DNA from: Salinivirgaceae bacterium
GTDB lineage: Bacteria > Bacteroidota > Bacteroidia > Bacteroidales > Salinivirgaceae
Assembly: GCA_035407925.1 (NCBI GenBank)
Contig: DAOOBP010000002.1
Coordinates: forward strand, 3,010-67,009
Direction: 5' to 3'
Length of the DNA stretch: 64,000 nucleotides
A model generated the notes under the pieces. It was not told the DNA's origin. It saw nothing but the letters and a program-made list of their open reading frames with translations, and ran no database searches. Position numbers and translations under genes: made by a program. Below are positions 9,948 to 20,813 of this stretch, one piece after another; position 1 is the first letter of the stretch, and every line of letters begins with the position of its first letter.

Positions 9948-11095
9948 GACAAAAACTCCTTTAGAAAATTTAATGATTTTTCTTTTTCTATAATTAATTT
10001 TTTATTTACACTATCCCAGTCAATTTCACTTTTCAAGTTTGATGTAGTAAAATCTGTTTTTTCTGTGATCAATCTTTCGTTTAACTCAAAGGTGTTGAGT
10101 AGAGATACCATTCTAGCATTTCCTCTTCTCGCATTGCTGAAAACGAAAAAAGGTTTATTAAAAATAATTGAGAATACTGCCCCGTGAAAAGAGTCTGTAA
10201 TTACAAACTTAGCATTTTGGAAAGCCCCTAACCATCGCTCAACGGGGGGATGTACAAGTTTGTTTAAGTCTATTTTTTTTGTTTTCTTAAAATTTATTTC
10301 AGTCTTAGTCTTTGGCATTATTTCAAAATATTTTAGTTCGTTTTCTTTTGAGAAATGCTGAACGAACTTTTCTTTTTCTTTATTTTTATCCAAAAAATAA
10401 ACAAGCATATCTTCATTGCTATCAGTAAGTTCTCTTGCTTTTATTAGTTTAATATAATCATTTCTATCAAGTAACATTGTTGGGTCGAGAGTATGCACAG
10501 CACTCACACCAAGATAATCACTGCAAAGTTTTATACCGGTATTTTCTCTTACTGAAACTGCATCAAACTTTTTGGCCAAATCCGAACATTTTTTAGTTTG
10601 CACTTTATCAAAATCCCATTGGTCCACACCAAACGAAGCAGAGAAAGCTATACGTTTAACCTTTTCTTTTTTTATAAAATCGAGGAAAAAATTATAAATA
10701 TTGGGAGAATATTTAGGTCTCCAAACTTGATCACTCCCAACAACATAAGCGTCAAACAGATACTTTTTATTTGTTTTTTTAAGATTATTAGTTGAATAAA
10801 TTTTTTTGGTTGTATGTATATAATCTATTATAAATTGTTGTATGTTTGCAGATACCATTTTAGACTCACGTTTGTTCATCCAAACTCTGACTTTTATATC
10901 TTTACCTAAAAGTCTCATTATACACCTTTTGATTAATGAACCATACTTTATATATGCAGGTCTTTTTATGTCTCTATTAACCGTCCACACTTCATGTCCC
11001 ATTCTTTTTAAAACAGTTTGCAAAGCATAGTTTTGAAGTATACCGCCGTAGTTGGTTCCAAGCGGTTGTGTCAATATACCTATCTTCATTTTCAA
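9944..11095 (-). CDS. polysaccharide pyruvyl transferase family protein
   Basis: 383 aa with the VGSDQVWRP and DSFHGAVFS motifs. Paralogue of 8032-9150. Confidence 0.8.
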   Translation of the reverse strand: MKMKIGILTQPLGTNYGGILQNYALQTVLKRMGHEVWTVNRDIKRPAYIKYGSLIKRCIMRLLGKDIKVRVWMNKRESKMVSANIQQFIIDYIHTTKKIYSTNNLKKTNKKYLFDAYVVGSDQVWRPKYSPNIYNFFLDFIKKEKVKRIAFSASFGVDQWDFDKVQTKKCSDLAKKFDAVSVRENTGIKLCSDYLGVSAVHTLDPTMLLDRNDYIKLIKARELTDSNEDMLVYFLDKNKEKEKFVQHFSKENELKYFEIMPKTKTEINFKKTKKIDLNKLVHPPVERWLGAFQNAKFVITDSFHGAVFSIIFNKPFFVFSNARRGNARMVSLLNTFELNERLITEKTDFTTSNLKSEIDWDSVNKKLIIEKEKSLNFLKEFLS

Positions 11096-11102
11096 TTACT
11101 TC

Positions 11103-11336
11103 TTAATTACGCTTTAAAAGCGTAATCCCACCTTGTTCCAGTAGTTGTTTTGCTATTTTTTTAATATTTTCTGATGCATCAACCATTATATCCATAATTA
11201 TTTTTAATGCCTTGCTTTCTAGTTCACTATCAGTAAGAGCTTCAAATATAATCGACTTTTCTGTTAATTCGGGTGTTAAAAAACGTTCGTACACTTTTTC
11301 AAATTTATCTTTGTTGGACACGCTTGCTAAATTCAA
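11103..11336 (-). CDS. small ORF of uncertain status, possibly carrier-protein-like
   Basis: 77 codons starting at TTG, ending 7 nt upstream of the pyruvyl transferase start. An Asp36-Ser37 pair in FEALTDSELESKAL sits where acyl carrier proteins carry their DS(L) phosphopantetheine site. The rest matches weakly, so it may be a remnant. Confidence 0.25.
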   Translation of the reverse strand: MNLASVSNKDKFEKVYERFLTPELTEKSIIFEALTDSELESKALKIIMDIMVDASENIKKIAKQLLEQGGITLLKRN

Positions 11337-11920
11337 AACCTAAAAACAGGTAATAACATCATAATCGTACAGGTGTGCAGACTTGATTTCTACTACAACC
11401 ACAATTGTAAAAAATGTGGAGTTGTAAGAACCCCTATATTTCTCTTTATAGCTCTCACATAGTGATAAATTTGTGTAACTTGCTTTAACTTATAAAGGTT
11501 TTTACTCATTTTCAAATCAAAATCCTTTGTATTGTTACTACCTTTCCGAAATGCTAAACTACAATTTCTTACTTTAATTCGCATGGTTTGCATCCACTTA
11601 AAGTCCAGTGTAATATTCTTATTGTTATGTCGTTTGGGCGAGATAAGTTGATTTTTGTCTTTTGCTTTTATTATTCTACATTTTAAGCCCTTTGCCGGTG
11701 GTTTTAATCACCTTGCTGTGAAGGTAAAAAAAGCCTCTCCAGTCTGAATAGTTTCTATTTTTATTCTTTCTTTTATCAATTTTTTCTGTAATTCCTGAAC
11801 GTGTTACTATTACGTTTGTCTATTTTCTGTCTAGGTTATAGTCGTAAGCATGCATTATTAAGTGAAATATTGAACAGCTCGAAGGTTATATCATCACAGA
11901 AATCACAAGTGTTGCACAAT

Positions 11921-12979
11921 TTATTTAATGATCATTAGGTTTTCCTCATGTGTTTTTCTTAATGACAAAGTTGTTTTGAAATTATCTGTAGGAATCCCAA
12001 TTACAACTAAGCTAATAATCTGATAAGCATCAGAGAGATTTAATAAATCTCTTGTTTTTTCATCCGCTTTTGTTGGCATTCCCCAATGAGCAGGACAGGC
12101 TCCAATCTTATAATAATGAAGAGCATAGAGCAAATTCATTAAATAAATACCCCCATCTATATATAGTTGGTTTCGTTCCCCAATTGAATAAAAATAGTTT
12201 CGGTTGCTTAAAACAACCATCAGTTGATTTACTTTTTCTGAATATCCGGTCATACCTCCTTGTATTTCAAGAATTTTATCAATCAAAGTTTTATTTTCAA
12301 GAAGAATTACCGAAACAGATTGTCTATTGCACACACTCGGGGCGTTATTAGCTAGATTAATTACCTTTTGTATAGTATCAGCAGAAATCTTTTCACCTGT
12401 AAAACTTCTTACGCTACACCGGGAGTTAGAAAAAATCAAAAAATCATCATAGTTTTTCAAGAAATAATCACTAATGGTGTGAAGTTGAACACTACTCATT
12501 TGTTTTATCAGATGTTTTTTCAAAAACTCATAATCAGTTAAGTTAAAGTAATCTGAGATGTCTGCAGATAGTTCTTTATGTAGTTCATAATAGTTTAATA
12601 AACTCACTATTGCTGATTGAATTTGAACTCTGTTTTTGTTTTTTAGTATCTCACTATCCCGGATCATAGATAGCAAGTCAACAACATGCTTTTTTGCAAA
12701 ACGAGGCCTTATTGAATTATGTAAGAACCCTTTTTCTAAAGCGTGATAACGTAGAGTGACTTCACTTTCTTTTTTTTCAAAATTGTTTTTTGTAAAGACG
12801 GATGAATTCTTTTTATACAATTTGTAATCTTTTGAGTAGTCTTTTTTAAGAATTAATTTTTTTCGTACATTTAGCACTCTTTCATATTGCTGTTGCCTTA
12901 AAATATTCTTAAAGATTTTCTTAATTAATGATTTCATGAGTTTACAATTTTTCAGTTTGAAGTTGCATGGAACACACAT
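11921..12979 (-). CDS. nitroreductase-family protein with long N-terminal extension
   Basis: RCSVRSF and NNAPSVCNRQS motifs. The likely true start is MKSLIKKIF at 12937. Confidence 0.75.
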   Translation of the reverse strand: MCVPCNFKLKNCKLMKSLIKKIFKNILRQQQYERVLNVRKKLILKKDYSKDYKLYKKNSSVFTKNNFEKKESEVTLRYHALEKGFLHNSIRPRFAKKHVVDLLSMIRDSEILKNKNRVQIQSAIVSLLNYYELHKELSADISDYFNLTDYEFLKKHLIKQMSSVQLHTISDYFLKNYDDFLIFSNSRCSVRSFTGEKISADTIQKVINLANNAPSVCNRQSVSVILLENKTLIDKILEIQGGMTGYSEKVNQLMVVLSNRNYFYSIGERNQLYIDGGIYLMNLLYALHYYKIGACPAHWGMPTKADEKTRDLLNLSDAYQIISLVVIGIPTDNFKTTLSLRKTHEENLMIIK

Positions 12980-13562
12980 GCTTTATAATCATGTTTTTGG
13001 AAGTCAAGTTTAGATTAGCATGCTAGTTTCATATTTTTATCAGAGTGTCTTTGATTTCAAGATATTAAATAAAATATTCATTTCTGAATGGAAGATTCAG
13101 CTAGTAAATGCAATTTTCTTATTTACAGATATATGGAAAATTTCGAATGTTTTTTGATAATTTAGATTTTTCTTGGTCAGTTGTTGAATTTGTACTGTAT
13201 CTTAGTCATATTCATTATGTTGTTTTTTGTTATAAGTTCATTTTAAGTATACATTATCTGATAAAATTGTTCATATTGCCAACTTCCGATTCGTCTTCAA
13301 GGTTCAACATCAAATCAAATAATTGTTCTTAAAACTTATTTTTTTTACGCTTAATTTACAACTATCCATTAAATTTGTGGTAGTATCATTGTTCCGGAAT
13401 GGCTCGAAAGGGGAGTATACTTTAAGGGCTTCGTTACTCAATAAGTCATCAGGTTTTTCAGTGGTAAACACTATTGAGCTTTCATTATTTCAGCTCATTT
13501 TAGCATTGAACATTTCATAATGACAATTTCCACAGCCAGTGCGCAAGTTTTGGATTGTAATG

Positions 13563-14540
13563 TTACGTATTGAAAAACTTATAAAAACTTTTTAATATTC
13601 TATATTTTCTAACCCTAATTATATTCTTAACAAAACGCAGTAAGGCACCTTCCTTTATGCTGTTATGCAGTTCCAAATCAAGTTTTATTCTTCTATGCAA
13701 AATTTTTAAATCTATGTCAGAAATTTTAGATTGTTGATAAACAGTATCTGCATCTGTTAAATGTTGTTTTATTATGTTTTCAAATGAAATTTTTCTTAAC
13801 CTTTCAGTTGATGATGAATTATTAGGATGTTGACGGTACTTAATAGCTTTTATATCTGTTCTTAGCAATTTGCCGCGAAGTAATGCCCGAAAAGTCAAAA
13901 CTTTAGCTTCCGCGGGACAATCTTTGTTGAGCATCTTAAAATCAGTAACAAGTAAATTTCTGAGTGTTCGACCTGGTGCGAATGAATAAATTGGTCTAGC
14001 AGATAAATAATCATCCAGTGTGTACGATATTTGTGAAAATGGTAGCTGTATCTCTTTAATAAAATTACCTTTCTCGTCAATCATAGTTGCATTGATATCG
14101 ACAGCCATCACGCTTTGATCCTTTTGAAACAAGTTAACAACATTTTGTAAATAGTTTTCATCGTCAACAACATCATCTCCACCCAGTGTCACAATAAAGT
14201 CTCCCTTTGCTATTTCCCAAAACACCGTAAAGCAATGAACACCAATGCCTAAGTTTTCAGGATTTTTATTTATAATTATGTGATGTTTTGTGTTTCTTTT
14301 TTTGACAAACTCGGTAATTATTGAGAATGTGTTGTCTGTTGAACAGTCATCAGAAATAATAATTTCGAGATTATTATACTTCAGCTTGAATACACTTTCA
14401 AGACACTCTTCTATAAAATTCTCTTGATTATATGTGAACACACAAAAAGAAATAAGTGGTTCTGATCGCATCTCTTTTTCTACTTCCTGTTTATCTGTTT
14501 GTTCCATCTCTTTTGTTTTTAAAACTGATAATAATTTCAC
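13563..14540 (-). CDS. glycosyltransferase family 2
   Basis: ISFCVFTYNQENFIEECLESV...IIISDDCSTDNT. The likely start is MRSEPLISF at 14471, which removes the 50-nt overlap with the flippase. Confidence 0.85.
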   Translation of the reverse strand: MKLLSVLKTKEMEQTDKQEVEKEMRSEPLISFCVFTYNQENFIEECLESVFKLKYNNLEIIISDDCSTDNTFSIITEFVKKRNTKHHIIINKNPENLGIGVHCFTVFWEIAKGDFIVTLGGDDVVDDENYLQNVVNLFQKDQSVMAVDINATMIDEKGNFIKEIQLPFSQISYTLDDYLSARPIYSFAPGRTLRNLLVTDFKMLNKDCPAEAKVLTFRALLRGKLLRTDIKAIKYRQHPNNSSSTERLRKISFENIIKQHLTDADTVYQQSKISDIDLKILHRRIKLDLELHNSIKEGALLRFVKNIIRVRKYRILKSFYKFFNT

Positions 14541-15987
14541 TTAAATTTATTCTTTTATCCAATTCTTTTAAAGAAAACCAACAAATAGCTATTGTTAATA
14601 TCACTCCAATTATGTAAACCATATAAGTTGATAACAGGTTTACAACTAAAAAACATCCTGTTCCAAAAAACAACTGAACAGATATAAGGGTATAAAATGA
14701 ACGTGAGTATGAGAAATTATAATTTCTTTTGGTTATTAAATATACTTGAACGAAATAGAACAAATAAGCTAATAAAAAGGATATCCCTAAACCTGTTAAA
14801 CCATAAAGTTTGTAGCCGATTATATTTAAAATCAAAACATATGCGTTTGCCAGAGTTTCATTCAGAAAAAACAGACCACTTTTTCCTTTGGCTAAAAACA
14901 CAAAAGCTATTGCCCGACTTGCTGCTTTAAAATACATTCCTAATGCGGCCCAGCGAATCATATCATTTATTAGTACAAATTTATTAGAGTAAAGCAATAC
15001 CACCGCCCAATGTGCAAAAACTATAAAAACGCAAAGTATAGGACCTAAAATTAATAGTGCCACTTCTGCTTGTTGTTGTATGAGTTGGTTGGCTTGTTTA
15101 TTGTTTTTTGCCACTCCCGACAAACGAGGGTAATAATCGGTACCCATAGCTGTAAAAACCATTCCTACATAACTTCCAATAATTGCAAATCCTGCATTAT
15201 ACAATCCAACATCATTAAGGCTTCCGGTTCTGCTTATAAAGGCGCGGATTATATAGGAAGTAGCCACAGTGATCAAACCACTTAAACTCAACATAAAGCC
15301 AAGCGACAACATTGACTTTCCTTCGGCTATAGTTTCTTTTTTATTTACGGTTACTTGCTCCGTTTTTATTTTACTTGAGAAATACCATGCTATCAACATG
15401 GCTATTGCAGAAGAAGAAATCAGTGCCGGAACAATTCCATCCACCCGATAATAATAGTATAATGGAACTGAAATTAATAATCCAAGAAATGAACCAATTA
15501 CATTTGCCTTAGCAAGATATTTCAACTGACGCATTCCTTGTAATAAAACACGCTGTCCTGCGGCTAACTGATCAATCAATAATGTAATTGAAAGCCATCG
15601 AAATGCTATAGTATATTCCGTGTTTCCAAAAGTAAGATGACTTAACCACGGAGCAAAAATAAACACGGTAGTTAAACCAAGTATCCCGGTAATCCAGACT
15701 AAACGACGTAATACGGTAATTACCTTAGAAACACGTTGTTTATTACCTTCTGTATTAGCTTCTGATATATTGCGAACAGCACTAGTACCTAACCCAAAGT
15801 TGGTTAACCCACTTACTAAACTTGTTGTTGAAGTAAACAGACCGGAAATTCCCATTCCGGTCGGACCAAGTAGCACGACAATAATTTTTGACTTAATAAT
15901 TCCAACAAGAATATTAAACACCTGTACTCCACCAAAAATGGAGGTACCTTTCATGATTTGTCGATAAGAAGATTGTGTTCCTGACAA
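14491..15987 (-). CDS. wzx: polysaccharide flippase (MOP/Wzx family)
   Basis: 498 aa with about 12-14 hydrophobic helices. The N-terminus YRQIMKGTSIFGGVQVFNILVGIIKSKI is typical of oligosaccharide flippases. Confidence 0.8.
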   Translation of the reverse strand: MSGTQSSYRQIMKGTSIFGGVQVFNILVGIIKSKIIVVLLGPTGMGISGLFTSTTSLVSGLTNFGLGTSAVRNISEANTEGNKQRVSKVITVLRRLVWITGILGLTTVFIFAPWLSHLTFGNTEYTIAFRWLSITLLIDQLAAGQRVLLQGMRQLKYLAKANVIGSFLGLLISVPLYYYYRVDGIVPALISSSAIAMLIAWYFSSKIKTEQVTVNKKETIAEGKSMLSLGFMLSLSGLITVATSYIIRAFISRTGSLNDVGLYNAGFAIIGSYVGMVFTAMGTDYYPRLSGVAKNNKQANQLIQQQAEVALLILGPILCVFIVFAHWAVVLLYSNKFVLINDMIRWAALGMYFKAASRAIAFVFLAKGKSGLFFLNETLANAYVLILNIIGYKLYGLTGLGISFLLAYLFYFVQVYLITKRNYNFSYSRSFYTLISVQLFFGTGCFLVVNLLSTYMVYIIGVILTIAICWFSLKELDKRINLSEIIISFKNKRDGTNR

Positions 15988-15989
15988 GA

Positions 15990-17090
15990 TTAAAAACTAT
16001 TAATGATTTCCATTACTTTGCTTATTTCACAATCTTCTAACACTGGACTAATCGGCAAACTCAACACTTCATTATGTATTTGTTCTGTAATTGTTAAAGA
16101 GAGATTATTCCAAGCTTTATATGCTTTCTGCTTATGCGGAGGGATAGGATAGTGGATTAATGTTTGGATATAGTTGTCTGTAAGATGCTGTTGTAATTTA
16201 TCACGTTCCATTGTTCGTACCACAAAGAGATGCCATACATGCTCTGTTTCATTACGCGGATTTTCGGGTAAAATTACTTTTGGATTGTTAATTTCAGAAA
16301 TATAGCGTTTGGCTATTTCACGTCTTCTCTTATTATCTTTATCAATATATTTCAATTTCACATCCAAAACGGCTGCCTGTATTTCATCTAAACGAGAGTT
16401 TAACCCCTGATAAATATTTACGTATTTTTGATTAGAACCATAGTTAGCAAGAGCACGAACTGTTTTTGCCAACTCTTCATCATTGCTTGTGACTGCTCCA
16501 CCGTCACCCAATGCACCTAAATTTTTGCCAGGATAAAAGCTAAATCCGGCAGCATCACCCAGATTTCCCGTTTTAACACCTTTCCATTCTGCGCTAATGG
16601 ATTGGGCATTATCTTCTATAATTTTTAGATTGTACTTTTCAGCAAGTTCTTTTAATTCTTCTGAAAAAACCACTCGACCATACAAGTGTACAATCATTAT
16701 CCCTTTGGTTTTGGGTGTAATTTTATCTTCTATTTTTGAAATATCAATATTGTATGTGTTAATATCCGGTTCCACTAAAACAGGTACCAAGCCATTATCA
16801 GAAATAGCCAGAATAGAGGCAATATAAGTGTTGGCAGGTACAATGATTTCATCTCCTTTTTGCATTACACCCATCTCTATATATGCGCGTAAGATAAGTC
16901 GCAATGCGTCTAACCCATTGGCAACACCGATAGCATGATTGCAACCGATGTAATTTTTTAAGTTTTCTTCAAACTGTTTTACTTCATTACCCAATAAATA
17001 CCAGCCACTACGAAATGTTGCCAGCAGTCTATCTTCAATTTCTTGCTGATAAGCAAGATTAATTTTTTGTAAATCAAGAAATTTAATCAT
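15990..17090 (-). CDS. DegT/DnrJ/EryC1/StrS-family PLP aminotransferase (FdtB/QdtB-like)
   Basis: 366 aa. Contains [30 protein letters not shown] and [18 protein letters not shown]. Confidence 0.9.
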   Translation of the reverse strand: MIKFLDLQKINLAYQQEIEDRLLATFRSGWYLLGNEVKQFEENLKNYIGCNHAIGVANGLDALRLILRAYIEMGVMQKGDEIIVPANTYIASILAISDNGLVPVLVEPDINTYNIDISKIEDKITPKTKGIMIVHLYGRVVFSEELKELAEKYNLKIIEDNAQSISAEWKGVKTGNLGDAAGFSFYPGKNLGALGDGGAVTSNDEELAKTVRALANYGSNQKYVNIYQGLNSRLDEIQAAVLDVKLKYIDKDNKRRREIAKRYISEINNPKVILPENPRNETEHVWHLFVVRTMERDKLQQHLTDNYIQTLIHYPIPPHKQKAYKAWNNLSLTITEQIHNEVLSLPISPVLEDCEISKVMEIINSF

Positions 17091-17577
17091 TATTATCGTA
17101 AGTAATTATACCATTTTCATTTATTGTACCTTTTTGCTTTGCCGGATTCCCAAACCAAACTGTATTGGCAGGAACATTTTTTGTAACTACGCTACCAGCA
17201 CCAATTAGAGAGTTTTCACCAATTATGTTTCCTGCAACTATTGTAGAGTTTGCACCAATAGAGGCACCTTTTTTAACAAGTGTTTTATCGTATTCTTCAC
17301 GATGCTGCTTTGAACGTGGTATTAAATCATTAGTGAAAGTTACATTAGGACCTATAAAGACGTTATCTTCAATAGTAACTCCATCCCAAATCTGCACACC
17401 GGGTTTGATAGTTACATTGTTTCCTATTACAACCTTATTTTCTACAAAAACTTGGCAGTTAATATTGCAGTTATTTCCTATTTGTGCGCCTTCTAATATC
17501 ACACAAAATTGCCAAACAGTAGTTCCTTTTCCTATTTTATCAGATTGAACATCTGCTGAAGAATGTATTTTAACCAT
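17083..17577 (-). CDS. left-handed beta-helix sugar N-acetyltransferase (FdtC/QdtC/WxcM C-terminal type)
   Basis: 164 aa with hexapeptide repeats throughout ([26 protein letters not shown]..). 8-nt overlaps with both neighbours. Confidence 0.8.
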   Translation of the reverse strand: MVKIHSSADVQSDKIGKGTTVWQFCVILEGAQIGNNCNINCQVFVENKVVIGNNVTIKPGVQIWDGVTIEDNVFIGPNVTFTNDLIPRSKQHREEYDKTLVKKGASIGANSTIVAGNIIGENSLIGAGSVVTKNVPANTVWFGNPAKQKGTINENGIITYDNND

Positions 17578-17989
17578 TTCTATATTTTATAAAATTCTGA
17601 TAACTTCTTATATAGTCATTCTCATTAAACACATCAGAAGCTAAGACCAAGCAGATACTTCCGCTTGAAAAGTCTTTCATCTCTCGCCAAATACCCGGTT
17701 TTATGTATAGAGCTTTGTTAGGATGATTAAGAAAAACTTCTCTTTTTTCTATTCCATCGTCCAAAATAAATACAAAAGAACCGCTTGCAGCAACAACATA
17801 TTGTTGCAATTTATAATGTGCAAGTCCACCTCTTTCGATTCCCATCGGAATGTCGTATAAATAGTAAACTCTTTTGACATCAAAAGGGATATTTCCATTG
17901 TTTTCCATTACAGTGATATTCCCAGCATCGTTATGGACAATTGGTAATTCCACTATCTCACAATCATGAACAGAATACTTTTTACTCAT
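17570..17989 (-). CDS. WxcM/FdtA-like cupin, sugar 3,4-ketoisomerase paralogue 2
   Basis: 139 aa. [28 protein letters not shown]...RGGLAH is the FdtA-type cupin pattern. Confidence 0.75.
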   Translation of the reverse strand: MSKKYSVHDCEIVELPIVHNDAGNITVMENNGNIPFDVKRVYYLYDIPMGIERGGLAHYKLQQYVVAASGSFVFILDDGIEKREVFLNHPNKALYIKPGIWREMKDFSSGSICLVLASDVFNENDYIRSYQNFIKYRNG

Positions 17990-18383
17990 ATCTTAATCTT
18001 TTGAATTCTTCAAAGTTTCGAATATAATCATTCGCATTGAAATGTTTATCAGAAACAATTAAAGCTAAAGAATTAGTGGAGAAATTTTCTAATCTACGCC
18101 AGTACATTTTTGGGACGTATAGTCCATAATAGGAACGATTTAGAGAGAATTTTTGTTCCTTTTTTCCATTATGCAGTACCACATCAAAACTTCCTGAAAG
18201 AGCAATAATAAACTCCTGTTGCTCTTTAAAAGCGTGGCTACCACGTATCTCTCCGCCTGGTACATCGTATATCCAGTATGTCCGTGCAATCTCAAATGGC
18301 AACTGTTTTGGATACTCGAAAAAGGAGAGATTCCCTCTTTTATCTAAGATTTTTGGAAGTTGTATTATTGTTGGTTTGTTCAC
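17982..18383 (-). CDS. WxcM/FdtA-like cupin, sugar 3,4-ketoisomerase paralogue 1
   Basis: 133 aa. LPKILDKRGNLSFFE...PFEIARTYWIYDVPGGEIRGSHAF. Confidence 0.8.
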   Translation of the reverse strand: MNKPTIIQLPKILDKRGNLSFFEYPKQLPFEIARTYWIYDVPGGEIRGSHAFKEQQEFIIALSGSFDVVLHNGKKEQKFSLNRSYYGLYVPKMYWRRLENFSTNSLALIVSDKHFNANDYIRNFEEFKRLRYE

Positions 18384-18520
18384 GTCTTAATTTTTTTAAA
18401 AACCTGCGATTTGTGATTATGCTTTATATTTTTACTTTATATTTGGAAAAATTAAAAAACACACAATCCATATCGGAGGGAATACTTTGAGTTGCAATGT
18501 GCATCACACAATCTATTACA

Positions 18521-19819
18521 CTACAGTCTCCCATCCACTTTTCTGTTAAAAACCCCTTTTACATCATATAACACATTGTTCCCATTTGCAATTTTCGATA
18601 AGTCTAACTCCTTAAATTTATTGTGAGCCACTGCCAAAATGATTGCGTCAAACTTATCCTTTGGCAATGTGTTGACTATCTCCACTTCGTACTCATGTCT
18701 TGCAATATCGGGATTTACCCAGGGGTCGTATATGGTTACTTTGGCGCTATATTCTTTTAGAGTGTTGACGATGTCGATAACTTTGGTGTTGCGTACATCG
18801 GGGCAGTTTTCTTTAAAGGTAAAACCCAGTACAAGAATATGTGAACCTAAGACTTGAATGCCTTTCTTCAGCATCAATTTAATTACTTGGTCGGCTACGT
18901 ATTCGCCCATGCTATCGTTCATTCTACGTCCTGCTAAAATTAGTTCGGGGTGGTGTCCGTGGCGTTGGGCTGCCTGTGCTAAGTAATATGGATCTACGCC
19001 TATGCAGTGTCCTCCGACTAATCCTGGTTTAAACGGCAAAAAATTCCACTTTGTTCCGGCTGCAGTCAGCACATCTTGTGTATTAATACCCATTTTGTTG
19101 AAAATCTTGGCTAACTCATTTACAAAAGCTATATTGATGTCACGTTGAGCATTTTCTATAACCTTTGCGGCTTCTGCTACTTTGATAGTTGGAGCCAGAT
19201 GTGTGCCTGCAGTTATTACGGAACCGTAAATTGTATCAATAAATTTACCGATTTCAGGTGTACTACCTGATGTAACCTTCAATATTTTATCAACTGTATG
19301 CTCTTTATCTCCCGGATTAATGCGCTCGGGGCTGTATCCTGCAAAGAAATCTTTATTATATTTCAAGCCGCTCATACGTTCAACTATGGGAATACATTCG
19401 TCTTCTGTAACACCTGGATAAACAGTAGATTCATATACCACTATGTCTCCTTTGGAAATTACTTTTCCTACAGTTTCACTTGCTTTAACAAGTGGGGCTA
19501 AATCGGGATTATTATTTACATCAATGGGAGTTGGGACGGTTACAATATAGAAGTTCGCATCTTTTATGCTACTGATATCCGATGTACAGATAAAACCGTT
19601 AGCAATAGCAGATTGAAGCAATTTGTCTTCCACTTCAAGCGTAGAATCGTGACCACTCATTAATTCTTCTACACGAGCTTGGTTAATATCAAAACCAATT
19701 GTAGTGTATTTTGTCGAAAATAGGCGAGCAAGAGGCAAGCCTACATAACCTAAACCGATTACGACTATTTTTACGTCTTTGTTGTTCATTATGTTCATTA
19801 TAAATTTTTCCAATACCAT
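18521..19819 (-). CDS. UDP-N-acetyl-hexosamine 6-dehydrogenase (TviB/WbpO/Cap5O-like nucleotide-sugar dehydrogenase)
   Basis: [15 protein letters not shown] Rossmann motif and [11 protein letters not shown] catalytic Cys region. The likely start is MNIMNN at 19798, sharing one base (TAATG) with the upstream stop. Confidence 0.85.
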   Translation of the reverse strand: MVLEKFIMNIMNNKDVKIVVIGLGYVGLPLARLFSTKYTTIGFDINQARVEELMSGHDSTLEVEDKLLQSAIANGFICTSDISSIKDANFYIVTVPTPIDVNNNPDLAPLVKASETVGKVISKGDIVVYESTVYPGVTEDECIPIVERMSGLKYNKDFFAGYSPERINPGDKEHTVDKILKVTSGSTPEIGKFIDTIYGSVITAGTHLAPTIKVAEAAKVIENAQRDINIAFVNELAKIFNKMGINTQDVLTAAGTKWNFLPFKPGLVGGHCIGVDPYYLAQAAQRHGHHPELILAGRRMNDSMGEYVADQVIKLMLKKGIQVLGSHILVLGFTFKENCPDVRNTKVIDIVNTLKEYSAKVTIYDPWVNPDIARHEYEVEIVNTLPKDKFDAIILAVAHNKFKELDLSKIANGNNVLYDVKGVFNRKVDGRL

Positions 19820-20775
19820 TTCACAGCTTCCTCTAAACCTCTTTTTATATTAAATTGAGGGTTATATCCCAACAAATTCCGTGCTTTATCTATACTTGCC
19901 AATGAATGAGGTATATCCCCAACTCGATAGGGTCCGTGGATAACTTCTATATCTAAAATCTTGGGGTCGAATTTTGATAAATACTCTTTTAAGTAACCAG
20001 CCAATTGGTTTAGCGTAGTTTGTTCACCGTAAGCAGTGTTATAAACTTGATTTATGGCATCGGGATTTGTTGTTTCCATCGCCAGAAGATTTATTTGGAT
20101 AACGTTATCGATGTATGTAAAATCGCGACTATATTCGCCATCTCCGTTAATTACAGGCGATTTGTGGTTCATAAATTGTTTTACAAACAAAGGAATAACT
20201 GCTGCATAAGCGCCATTTGGGTCTTGTTTGCGACCAAAAACATTAAAATATCGTAAGCCGATATACTCTATGCCATAAGTTTTCGCGAAAACATCGGCGT
20301 AAAGTTCATTTACATATTTGGTTACAGCATAAGGAGATAACGGCTTTCCTATCTTATCTTCTACTTTGGGAAGAGTTTTGCTATCGCCATATGTTGATGA
20401 GCTTGCAGCGTAAATAAATCGTTTAATATTTGCATCACGGCTTGCCACAAGCATATTTAGAAATCCTGAAATGTTTACTTCATTTGTTGTAATAGGGTCG
20501 TTTATGGAACGTGGCACAGAGCCTAACGCTGCTTGATGAAAAACATAATCAGCCCCCTTAACAGCTTTTTGACACTCTTCTAAGTTTCGGATATCGCCGA
20601 CAATTAATTTGAAAGTTTCAGGATAAGATTGAATTAGAGGCTGTATGTTCTCTATTCTTCCGGTAGCAAAATTATCTAAACAGACCACTCTGTGTCCAAG
20701 CTGTAATAAACTTTCACACAGATTAGAACCAATAAATCCGGCTCCGCCAGAAATTAATATATTTTTATTTTGCAT
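19798..20775 (-). CDS. NAD-dependent nucleotide-sugar 4-epimerase (TviC/WbpP-like SDR)
   Basis: [14 protein letters not shown] and [11 protein letters not shown] (YxxxK). Paired with the dehydrogenase as in UDP-GalNAcA pathways. Confidence 0.85.
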   Translation of the reverse strand: MQNKNILISGGAGFIGSNLCESLLQLGHRVVCLDNFATGRIENIQPLIQSYPETFKLIVGDIRNLEECQKAVKGADYVFHQAALGSVPRSINDPITTNEVNISGFLNMLVASRDANIKRFIYAASSSTYGDSKTLPKVEDKIGKPLSPYAVTKYVNELYADVFAKTYGIEYIGLRYFNVFGRKQDPNGAYAAVIPLFVKQFMNHKSPVINGDGEYSRDFTYIDNVIQINLLAMETTNPDAINQVYNTAYGEQTTLNQLAGYLKEYLSKFDPKILDIEVIHGPYRVGDIPHSLASIDKARNLLGYNPQFNIKRGLEEAVKWYWKNL

Positions 20776-20813
20776 TTATAAAATCGCTTATTTATATCAA
20801 AAGTCTTTTTCTG

